From the NCBI GenBank assembly GCA_013239625.1, contig MU054338.1:250001-314000 (forward strand): a stretch of 64,000 nt of DNA, written 5' to 3'. Origin of the DNA: Lama guanicoe (Eukaryota). Of the stretch, positions 1 through 10,700 are shown in pieces; the stretch's first letter is position 1; every line of letters starts with the position of its first letter. Made by a program: the position numbers and the translations under genes. The notes beneath the pieces were generated by a model that was not told where the DNA came from, ran no database searches, and worked only from the letters and a program-made list of their open reading frames with translations.

Positions 1-1629
1 TTTTTGTATCCTGCTCTCAGCTGGACTCAGAGCCTGGCACGCAGGCTTTCCATAAACATTCGTTGAATGCACGCAGACGGGAGACCCATTCCTGGACCAA
101 GGAGGCCTGCCCTCCCATGCCTCAGTGTGACGCAACGGCTAAGAGAGTCTGAGGCCTGCCAGGTGTAGCCTTGTTTCTGTGATGTTCTGGGATGAGGAGA
201 GGGCAGATAAAGCTAAATCCCACCACCACCACCCCCAAATTAATCAGCAGGCCAGGATCATTTCTGAAGTTAGTTCCAGGCCAATCATGCATTTATTTAT
301 CCACTCAACAAATATTTATTGAGCACCTGTTGTATGCTATACCCTTTGCTGAGTGCAAGGACACAGCAGGGGAAATGACAGACACAAAGGCAATGAAAGT
401 GGTTTTCTGAAATACTCCATGGCTGGAGGAGACCAGCCCCATGAGGTTGAGTCAGCGGATAAGCCCTGAGGATGGCCCTGGCTCTGCCTAGGGAGATAGA
501 CAGGGCTTCCTAGGGGAGGGGAAATTGGAGACAGGGCTTTAAGGATTGAATAGGAGTTGGTTGGATATGAAGGGGGCATTGGAGCCAGGATGCCAAGGAA
601 TTAAAAATTGGAGCCTGTGTATAAAGGATCTTGAATGTCAGGAGGCTAGGAACAGGGACTTGTCTGCCAACCACCATCTTGTCCCTTCAAGTCTTGACGT
701 AATTCCAGGCCTTTCCTGCTCTGACCACCAGAGAACACCCCAGCCCCATTTCTGGGAATCCAGGCAAGCCCAGGTCCAGGGAAGGGCTGTTTGCCTCAGG
801 TCTCTCTTGAGCTCAGCCCCTGGCCTGTTTCACACCAGCATTCACTCATTTATTCTGCATAAGTGTATGAGGTACCGCCCAAGAGGCCTTGGAGTCAGAA
901 GGCACAGGTTCCCATCCCACCAAGTGACACTGGCTGTGTGACCCTTGGCAACTTACTTAACCTCTCTGGGTGGGTGGCAGAAACTGTCTCCCAGAGTTTT
1001 GAGATTGGATTAGGCGTAGGGCACCCATGGGTACCCAAAGCACCTCCTCGGTCCTCAGTGGGCCCTGCTGCCCACTCTGAGTTCATCTGCCCCTTTCCCA
1101 CCCTCCGCAGGCAAGCCTCAAGCCTCAGTGGCCCCCATGGGTGGATCCCATCTCAGGGCCTTTGCCTGCCTGGTCCTACCCTGTGCTGGGAGTACCATTC
1201 CTACTGTCCTTTCTCTTTCCCTGGTTCTCAGGGGGCTGCCCTTCCTGGGGGAGCCCCCATCCCCGACTGCACCCAAATGCCCAGGGCCCTCTACCCTTCC
1301 TTCCCCCACAGCCATCCCCAGATCCACATGTTATCAGCAGGATCTCCCAATATGCTAAGCCAATACCCAGCACCTAGTAGGACCCTTTACTCCCACTGCC
1401 ACCATGCTGAACCAGAGGGCTCGTGGGCAGAGGGGAAGCTGTTCTGACACCCCACACCCATCTGAGTGTCTACCTGGAGCCCACCTCGGTTTCTTGGGCT
1501 GCCACAGGGCAGGAGACAACTCTATCCTCCAAGCAGAGTGGGCGAGAGACTGAGAAGCACTGAGCAGGAAGGACACTGCCCCACTGGGCAATATTCCGAC
1601 AGGTGTCAATACAGTGCCAGCTGCTTACA

Positions 1630-2045
1630 CATTTTTTGGTTTCCTTTTTAATTTTTTATTTCTGGATTTTGACTTATGTCCTTTTTTCTTTTTATTTATA
1701 TTTGTTGGTTTATGTTTTTGATTTCTAGTTTCTCATTTGCATTTTTTTGTTGTTTTTGATTTTTTATTGATACTTTTTAACTGTTTTTTTTCCTTTATTT
1801 TTCCCATTTTGATTCATATATTCTGGTTTTTGTTTGTTTGGTTGGTTGGCTTTTTGGCGGGGGGTAATTAGGTTTATTTATTTATTTTTAGAGGAGGTAC
1901 TGGGGATTGAACCCAGGACCTGGTGCATTGTAAGTTTGCACTCTACCACTTGAGCTATACCCTCCCCCCCCGATTCATATATTTTGGTTTGTGGAATTGG
2001 TTTGGTTTTTAAACTTTGTTGTTGATGTTTGTTGGTTTGGAAGTA
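1630..2045. repeat. T-rich low-complexity tract hosting a SINE
   Basis: Directly visible. Confidence 0.75.
1827..1971 (-). mobile_element. tRNA-derived SINE (camelid Vic-1-like) with target-site duplication
   Basis: Reverse strand reads GGGGAGGGTATAGCTCAAGTGGTAGAG...GGGTTCAATCCCCAGTACCTCC...AAACCTAATTACC (Pol III A/B boxes). TSD GATTCATATATTyTGG at 1811-1826 and 1972-1987. Confidence 0.85.
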
Positions 2046-3229
2046 AAAACACACACAGTCACTCCTGAGAGTTCTGTTCAAGTGGCCTGTTCTTTTCTGT
2101 TCTGGGACTCCTGAGTCACCCACACCCAGACCAAGACCCAGGACACTGCAGCCCCATAATCTCCAATGTCCCCCAAGCCGTTCCCCCAGGGGGGCAGTCA
2201 CGATCCCATTAGAGCAAACTTCCTTCATTTCCACCTGCTCAAGGAATCTGTCAGGAACAAGATGCCAGGACCAGGACCCCAGAAGCGGGTAGGGGAGTCG
2301 GACACCGCCACACTCTCTCCCCTGATTGATGCCTTTTCAGTGCTGCTAACTTCATCTTAGACAGTTTCTAAATTTCAAGAATACAAAAGGGCTCCATGCG
2401 TCCTTGACCCAGATGCACCAGTGGTTAAAGTTTTTTGCTCTCTGTGTGTGTCTGTGTGGAGTTTCTGGCAGAGTTTCTGCCCCCACACCCCTTTATCCCA
2501 AACACACCCACGTGTATTTCCAAAGCCAGGCCACTCCCTTTCCTGAACCAGCAGCAGGTTTACCAAATCAAGTAATCAGCACGGGGGGACACAATGCCAC
2601 ATACTGGTCCACGTTCATCTCTTTTCCCCGTGGTGGCATCTTGGTAGAGGCCCTCCACCTGGGACATGCCTCCCGGTGACCTTGACACAGGGATGGGCTG
2701 GGATAAGGTCCGTGGATTCCTTCTGCCTCCTCTTCCCATTCACAATCCCATCCCCAGCCCTGGAGACTTGAGTACGCACAGAAGATGTGCTGAGAAGATA
2801 AATGAATGGAGCAAAGAATGAATATGGGACAGAACAGCCCTCACCCACCAGCCACAGGCCCACCCTGTGTGTCATGGATGGGGGAGGAGGGGTCCGGTGG
2901 CCGCTGGTTCTCACATCCAAGGGGAGACCTGCCCTCTTGGGGCCTCGCGGTGCTGAACGGAGGCTGCCACGCGTCACCACAGACACATTCACTTGCCCAG
3001 CCACCCCTGGTGGAAATGACCACGATTCTCTCCATTTCACAGACGGGGAAACTGAGGTCCAGGGAAGTGGCACAAGGTGGTGGCAGCTTTGAGGGCTTGA
3101 CCAGGGCTGCACCCCCACCCCCGGGAAAAGGGGTGGGATCTCTCCACCTCTCCTCCTGGCGGGGACGGAGACCACCAATTACTCCATCACGGGTGCTGAT
3201 GCAGCATCGACTGTATGCCAGGGGCAAGA

Positions 3230-3435
3230 ACACAGCCAGGCAGGACGCAGCCACAAATGTCTGCAAAGCCCGCCAGGCACTCAACAGCATCGAGTACTGT
3301 GATCTGCCGACTAAAGGCCCCCAAACACGTTTGATTTTGGCCCAGATCATCTGAAAGGTACGGTAATAAATGCGCTGTTCTAGCCGCTAAATTTGTGGCA
3401 GTGTGTTAGAGCAGCTAACGGCAGACCGATACACT
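3230..3435 (+). mobile_element. MLT1 LTR 3' fragment
   Basis: ATAAATGCGCTGTTCTAGCCGCTAAATTTGTGGCAGTGTGTTAGAGCAGC...GATACA terminus. Confidence 0.6.
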
Positions 3436-4882
3436 GAGTTATCCTGGGTCACCTGCAGATAGTCCGCCTCCGCATTTGTGACTTTCCTCCAAGCCCCACC
3501 TCCTCAGAGTACCCCTCCTGTCATTGGCCGGAGCTGGATCACATGCTCATGCCTGACGTCACTTCGGCTCTGTTCCGCCAATCAGGATTCACCTCTGGGC
3601 TGAGGGAGGGGCCCAGAGCCTTCCCAGAGCCTGGAGAGTTTTAGGTACGAGTCCAAGGACTGTAGGTAGTAAGTTGACACGGAGTCTGTCACAAGCATCC
3701 TTCTGGCTTGAGGAATGTGGGATCAGGTGAGCCTGAGCATTCTGGACCAGGTCATGACCCGTATCCTGGGGGCAGTGCTTGGCATATCACGGTGTGCATG
3801 ATTCCTGCAGCCCCTGCAGCACCCCTGCTCTGGGTCCTAAAGTCTTTGCTTGAATAAAATGTAAACAGAGTTATTGTAAGCTGGTTTTGTCCACTGCAAG
3901 TGACAGAAATGCCACTTAAACCAGATTTATCTTATTGAGAAGGAGGAGTTCAGGCAGAGCTGAATCCAGGATATCCAATAACAGCACAGGGAATTGCTGC
4001 TGTCTCTCTTGGCTCAGTGTCCCACTGGGCTGGCCCCTCCCCGGCCATTGGCAGGAGCCACCTGCAGCTCCAGACTCACACCCCTCCAGCTCAAGCAGGA
4101 AGTGGATGTCCCTTTCCCAGCAAAAGTCTCAGAGCTGACTCTTCCTGGTGTGCTGAATGTCAGATGATTCTGACTGGCTGGGCCTGGGTAGGCTCCTGCT
4201 CTGGGGCACATTGGAGCTGGGAGTGCAGGAGGCAATTCCCCGAAGGAAAATTTGGTGCTGGGACCAGGAAGGGTGCTGCCAGCCACAACCTGAGGGCTCC
4301 CTCTGATTGTCCCATTCAGAGAGGGGGGCATCCCTGCCCCAGGGTTCAGCACATGGGTCCTGGAATCTTGTTTACCTGGTGTGGACTCCATTCCCGACCC
4401 TGTGGGGCTTTGCGACCCTCGGAAAGCCATTTTCTTCCCTTCAGCCTCAGCTGCCCCCTCAGTAAAGTGGATGCCTGCTCACAGCATCGTGGTGTGGTGA
4501 GTGGCAAATTACCTACCCATTCCTTCATTAATAAGACTCTCTGCACCCATGTCAGGCCCCCCTGTGCACTGGGCACTGTCACTGGCATCCTGACTGGAAT
4601 CTGCACTTCTGGGAACTGTGCCCATTTTACAGACGAGAGAATGGAGGCACAGAAAGGTCACATGTGACACGGCTGAGCTGGCACCACCTGGACTGGGCTT
4701 CCCCTAGATGCTTCCTTCTCCCTCCAGGCTTCAGAGTCACCTCCTCAGAGGCCCCGCAACCTTCCTGCTCCCAGGGTCTCTGTCCTGCCACTGTTTTCAT
4801 ATTTGTGTTCACTCCCCTGTTTGTCTGCAGCCAGGCAGGGACCACAGCACTACGACACTGAACCCCGCGTACAGAGCCCCTT

Positions 4883-5345
4883 TGTACTTGCTGCTGTAAC
4901 AAATCGACACCAATTTGGTGGCTTAAAACAACACACATTTTTCTCTTCCAGTTTTGGGGGTCAGGAGTCCAACGTGGGTCTCCCTGAGCTAAAATCAAGG
5001 TATTGGCAGAGCTGTGTTCCTTCCTGGAGGCTCCAGGGGAGAATCTGTTCCTGGCCTTTTCCAGCTTCGAGAGGCCGCCCACATTCCTTGGCTGGAGGCC
5101 CCTTCCTCCATCTTCAAAGCCAAAAACGGCAGGTCAAGTCCTCCTGTTACATCTCGCCGACCATAGAGGGAAAGGTTTCCACTTTCAAGGATCCTGTGAT
5201 GACACTGGGCCCACCCAGGGAACCCATGATCCTTTTCCCACCCAAATGTCCTCAGCATAATCCTAGCTGCCAAGTCCTTCTGCCCTGAACAGTAGTGACA
5301 TATTCACAGGGTCCCGGGACTAGGACCCAAACATCTCAGGGGGTC
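4883..5345 (-). mobile_element. MLT1 (ERVL-MaLR) solo LTR
   Basis: GCTGCTGTAACAAAT...GGTGGCTTAAAACAACAC...GGAGGCTCCAGGGGAGAATC...CCTCCATCTTCAAAGCC, typical of MLT1. Confidence 0.8.
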
Positions 5346-5453
5346 TGTATTCAGGCTTTCTCTTACTTGTGGCACAAACAGCCTATTACTTCCTTTCCCA
5401 TGTCCCCTCCCCACACAGTTCAGTCTACGTCAATCTAAATGTCCTCTTCTGAG

Positions 5454-5620
5454 GGGGGAGGGTATAGCTCAGTGGCAGAGCACATGCCTAGCATGCACAA
5501 GGTCTTGGGTTCAATCCTTAGTACCTCCATTAAAAATAAATAAATAGAAACCTAATTACCTCCTCCCTTCCCCCCCAAAGTAATAAATATATAAAATTTT
5601 TAAAAAACCAAACTTTAAAA
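5454..5620 (+). mobile_element. tRNA-derived SINE (camelid Vic-1-like) with target-site duplication
   Basis: GGGGAGGGTATAGCTCAGTGG...GGGTTCAATCC...AAACCTAATTACC plus A-rich tail; flanked by AAAwGTCCTyTTCTGAG at about 5437-5453 and 5621-5637. Confidence 0.88.
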
Positions 5621-7534
5621 AAAAGTCCTTTTCTGAGAAGTCTGCCTTGATCTCCCCAGGCTGGGTCAGGTCCAGCATCCTCCATCACAGCTCTGATTAC
5701 TTTGGACTGTCACTGTCTATCCACCAGGGGTGGTGAACAGGGGCCACAGGGAGTCGTGGTGGGGGTCTGAGCTACAGAGGAGCCTTACGGCAGGCACCTG
5801 GGGTGGGAAGCGGGTTGCAAGGCTGGGTCAGGATGAACTGGGGAAAACAAATGGGAGATATTAACAAGAGGACCCCCCAAGAGGGCCAGCGACTTGCTGA
5901 GGTCACCCAGTGCACAGCCTCTGGGTTGGGGAGACATATCCGGAAGGGGAGCAGGAGTCTGCTGGCTGCTGGCCACCGTTTCGAACCCACACCAGGCTGA
6001 CAATGGCCCTTTTATTTGCACAGCCCAGGATGGGGTGGCCGAGCCATGGTGGGGTCAGGTCCTGGCCAAGGTCAAGCTGTCCAGCCCCGGCACACCCTTG
6101 GTGAGAACACAGGGTCTCATTCCTGCTTCATTTCCCAACTAGGGGAGAATCCCCTTGGACTGTCAGAGGCCAAGGCCAGGTCAAGACAGTTGGGAGCCCT
6201 TCCTCAGTGTGGCTAGGAAGTAATGTGGCCCTTGGCCACAGGACTGGGGGACACGGGCCAGGCTGGGCAGCTAAGGTAGAGGAACGGGTCTGGACATGGT
6301 GTCTGCCAACAGCAGAGGGTAGGCTGTGCCTTCAGGGATCCTCTGTTTCTACACTTGGGGAGGGGGCAGGTGCAGGAATGGGCAGATGATGAGGCATCAG
6401 TGGCCCTGGGAGATAACCAATTGCTCTCAATCATTTTTATTTTCCTAATAGCATTTACCACTCTTTGAAGTTATATATTAATTTGTTTGTCTATGTATTT
6501 TGCTGTCTATGGCCTCTTCAAACCATGAGCTCAGTGAGGACAAGACTGGATCTGCCTTGGTCAATCTGATACCCCAGCAGCCCCCAACAGTCCCTGTCAG
6601 CAGGAGATGGTCATTAATTCTTTCTTAGAAACACAAACATGGAGGGGCTGTCCAGGAGCCATGAGTAGGTTGAAATGCTCTCACGGTTTGGGAGGCCCCC
6701 AGGATGGAAGGGATCAGCTCCAAAATAGGAAAAGCATCCTGCTGCACTGAGGCCCCAGTGGACTCCATGCTCCCCAGGCCCATCCCGATGTCACCATCGT
6801 AAATCGTGGGAAACCCAGGATTCCAAGGTGGCCGAGAACAGGGAGCACTGAACCTTCAAGAAGAGGAGCCAGGAGGCTCTTGTTGATGTGGCCTGGGGAG
6901 TTTGGTACAGTCTCCGGGGTGTGAGGGGCAGAGGCCAGGCACACGCTGGGCACTTTGGAAGTATTGTGGTATGATTACTGCTGTCTGAAATGTTGTTGGG
7001 ACCATTTGTGTCTCTGGGTCTCTCTGCCACGCCCCTCCGCTGCTGTCTGCCCTGCACCATCTTCCCCCCAACTTGTTCACACCCAGCTGTACCCGCAGGC
7101 TCCAGAGGCCAGGTGGCCAGGTGGGTGGCCTGAGCAGAGAACAGCTGGGCCTGAGGTCCCCGAGTGTGTGGGTGTGTACGGACGGGGAGGACGGGCCAGG
7201 AGCCCAGACCACATTTGGGTCACACAAATGGCTACATGTAAACCACGACGTGGTGTACAGACTTGCAGACGTGCTCCCCGTGGGTCACCAGTTTGCTCAG
7301 CCTTACAGCAGAAGTCCCCTCAAACGCAGGGCGACACCTCGAACTCACACCCCCAGGGCCGGCTCCGAGGTCTGACCCCCGCCCTACACCAGCTGGCGCC
7401 CACATCGCGCGCGACACTGCCCCGCGCCCCGCCGCTCACGCGCCCCGCCCCGGCCCGCCGGCCCCGCCCCGCCCGCAGCCAGCGGGACCTTTATAGGGAG
7501 TGCCGGCCGCGCGCTGGAAGTCGGTGCCGCCGCC

Positions 7535-7613
7535 NNNNNNNNNNNNNNNNNNNNNNNNNNNNNNNNNNNNNNNNNNNNNNNNNNNNNNNNNNNNNNNNNN
7601 NNNNNNNNNNNNN
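7535..7613. other. Assembly gap (79 N) in the FSTL3 5'UTR
   Basis: Run of N flanked by GCC repeats. Confidence 0.99.
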
Positions 7614-7649
7614 GCCGCCGCCGCCGCCGCCGCCGCGTCTGCGTTCGCC

Positions 7650-7752
7650 ATGCGTCCCGGGGCGCCGGGGCCACTGTGGCCACTGCCCTGGGGGGCCCTG
7701 GCATGGGCCGTGGGCTTCGTGGGCTCCGTGGGCTCGGGGGACCCCGCGCCCG
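7650..7752 (+). CDS. FSTL3: FSTL3 coding exon 1 (signal peptide)
   Basis: GCCATG at 7647-7652; donor G|GTGAGT at 7752/7753. Confidence 0.95.
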
Positions 7753-10700
7753 GTGAGTGGGTCTGCCGGAAGGGGCGGGCGGGGCGGGCCACCCACGTGG
7801 GCCTGCCTGGAATGCGGGTCCCGGGAGGCGAGGTCTAGGGGGACAGCGGCGGTGGCAGCTGGGGGCAGAGAGAGGATCCCTGGCCGCTGCAGGTTCAATC
7901 AGGGAGGGCTTGGGGCTCCCCTCTCCTGGGCCCCAAAAGGCCTCAAGGAGGGTCACCAGGAGGTTAGATGTGACTCCTTCACAATTTATTAGCAAGAATC
8001 TGGTCACAATGACTGGTGACATTTATTGAGCGCTTAGTGTCTACCTCTTCCCTCTTGGAATTCGTGCAACAGCTGGATAGTGTGGGTCCTTTTATGCCTG
8101 TTTTCCAGAGGGGAAAACTGAGGCACAGAGTCATACAGCTTGTAACGAGCAAAGCTGGGATCTGAACTGGGATCATCTGGGTCCCGACGCCCCAGAGGCT
8201 GGGCGGGGCAGCTGGACTCGGGACCTCTAGCTGGGGTCTCCGATCTTCCCTGGGTCTGGCTTAGGCCAACAGGTGATTGGAATCCCATACCTGCCACTTG
8301 TTGTGGGGATGCCAGGGAAGTCACATCTCCATTCCTGGCCTCAGTTTCCCCTTTTATAAGGTGGTACCAAGGTGCTGGGTCCCCAGAACTGGTCCCTGGG
8401 AGGTACTCAGACAGCGCCTGGGAGCCCGTGAGCTCCCTAGATTGGGGGCTGTGGCAACTCCTGCCCCCCACTTAACAGTGCAGAAACGGAGAGCCATCTG
8501 CCCCCCACCCGACCCTGCAGCCCCACCCCAGCCTCGCACTGAGGGGAGAGCCAAGCCCCCTCCCCGAAGGCCGCGTCCCCGGGGAGACGGTGAGCTCATG
8601 CAAAGGGAATGTTCCCAAGTTGGAGTGAGTAAGAGGCGGGCCAGGCGAGGGGGGGCTGCCGGTTGAGGGGGCTCCGCGTGCCCTCGGGCGCTGTCTAGAC
8701 AGAGGGCAGAGGCGGGAGAAGCGGCCCCAGGGCCCACTGACCCTGACAGTCCAGCTCTGGGCATTTGACTAGTTGGGCATGATGCCAGGCCCGGGGTGGG
8801 GGCCTGGAGCCAGGGGGGAGAGCTTCCCGGGATGGGTGGGGGTTGGTGGTGGAGCAGTGTAGGGTCCGGAGTGCAGAGAGGAGGAAGGATCCCTAAAGAA
8901 TCTGGACCCAGGTGGGGACACCTGTGCATTCTCTGCCCCTCCTTCCCAGGTTAGGGGTAGATCATCCACTCTGTGATGACTGAGCACCGACTGTGTGCAC
9001 CCCTGCAACCCAGGAGCCTGAGGGAGGGCAAGGCCGGGGTGTGGGGAGGGGCACAGGAGGGCCCCCCTGGCCAGGTAGGAACTGCCTTCCATGTCCACAG
9101 GTGGTGTCTGCTGGCTCCAGCAGGGCCGAGAGGCCACCTGCAGCCTGGTGCTGAAAACCGACGTGAGCCGAGCTGAGTGCTGTGCCTCTGGCAACATTGA
9201 CACTGCCTGGTCCAACTTCACCCACCCGGAGAACAAGATCAGCCTCCTGGGTTTCCTGGGGCTCGTCCACTGCCTCCCCTGCAAAGGTGAGACCCTGGGT
9301 GTCAGCCACAGGCCAGAGTCACTGCGGCCAAAGGCAGGACTGCTGAGAGTGAGCTCTCCGTCTTGGGGGGATGAGGAGCTAGAGACTGCCGGCCAGAGAA
9401 CCATGGAGGGGATCACAGGCTCAGAGAGGGGTGGGGGCCTTCAGGTTTCCAGGCCTCAGACTCCCTCAGCTGAGGATTCAGGAAGCTCTGAGGACTCCCC
9501 AGTCTGGTTTCCTGCCTCTAGGCCCTTGCTCACAAGAAGCTCTCTGCTTGGGTGGCCTTTCCCACCTGCACTCCATCTGGGGGAAGTACACTCACCCCTA
9601 ACTCTGAGGAAGGTGGATTTTCCCCCAACTGGCCGTTTGGGTTTGTGACCCCACGTGTAGTGTTCCCAAACACTTACTGCCCTTCACACCTCAGATTCTG
9701 GGGTCCGCAGGTAGGGCCGCAGCTGCAGTTTAGCAAGCATGTGCCTTCTGTGAAATGCTGCCTCCTCCATCAGACTAGGAGCTCTCTGAAGGCAGAATGA
9801 ATAAATGACTAAGTCAAGACATATTCTCTGCTCCGGAGAAGGAATGGGAACCCTCCTAGCCTCCTGTGCAAGGCTGAACCTGCAAGGACCCACTGGGCAC
9901 ATGTGGGAATGACTTGAAGGAGGTGGGCTTTAGAGCTGGGGTGTTGGGGTACAATTAGGAGTCTGCCAGCTGGGGACAGTATGGGGGAGAGCATCAGCAG
10001 AGATCATGGCCTGGGACTGGACCCTGGTGGGTGGGGTCAGGAAAGGGGAACAGGAAGGAGGCTAGAGCTGAGGGCTTTGTGATTAATCCCAGATCAGCCT
10101 GGCTGGGTGGTCCTGAACTCAACTGCCATGTGCCTTGGCTCCCTCCAGAAGCCCTTATGGCTTCTGGGAGGACAGACTTCAGAAAATGCCTGGACTGGGC
10201 ATAAGATGGCCCAGGACACCCTCCCCCCCACCTCATCTGGCCTTGGGGACAGGAACTTAGCCCTGCCACTTCCGTTCCCGCTTGCGTGAAGCCGCCCGGG
10301 GGAACGTTTCCAGATGTGCGTGTGGGCGGGCAGCATGGGAGGCGCCCAGGTGCGGCCCACATGCCCTGGCAGAGGGACATGAGGGGCGTGGGCTAGTCTC
10401 TTAGGAGCATCTGTCATCTTATGCTCGCCCTGTAAGGTGGGTTTCCCCCATCAGCCCCACTTTACACACCCAGAAACTGAGGCTGAAATGTGAACTCGAG
10501 CTCAGGGTAGGCCCTCCAGATCCACCAGCCACAGAACTGGGGGTGCACAGGGTCTGGACTGGAGTTCTCACGCTGAGGTGCCCTGGCTTGCTCTCCTCTA
10601 CTTAGCTGTGACGAGGCCTCAGTTTCCCCCGTCTGCAAAATGACAACAAAACGGCACCACCTTGTGGGGGCAGTAGGGAGGCTGAACTGAACCTGAGAGG

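Larger units (their letters stand above)
7230..7900 (+). promoter_or_regulatory. FSTL3 promoter CpG island with GC boxes and TATA-like element
   Basis: Dense CpG, repeated CCCCGCCC (Sp/KLF) at about 7420-7475, TTTATAG at 7490-7496 upstream of the ATG. Confidence 0.8.

Noticed and set aside
5454..5530. tRNA gene
   Set aside because: The A/B boxes belong to a SINE head followed by a family-specific tail, A-rich end and TSD, and three dispersed copies are present.
6955..8022. Long ORFs across the FSTL3 promoter and gap
   Set aside because: Artefacts of GC-rich, stop-poor sequence and N runs; only 7650-7752 is coding.
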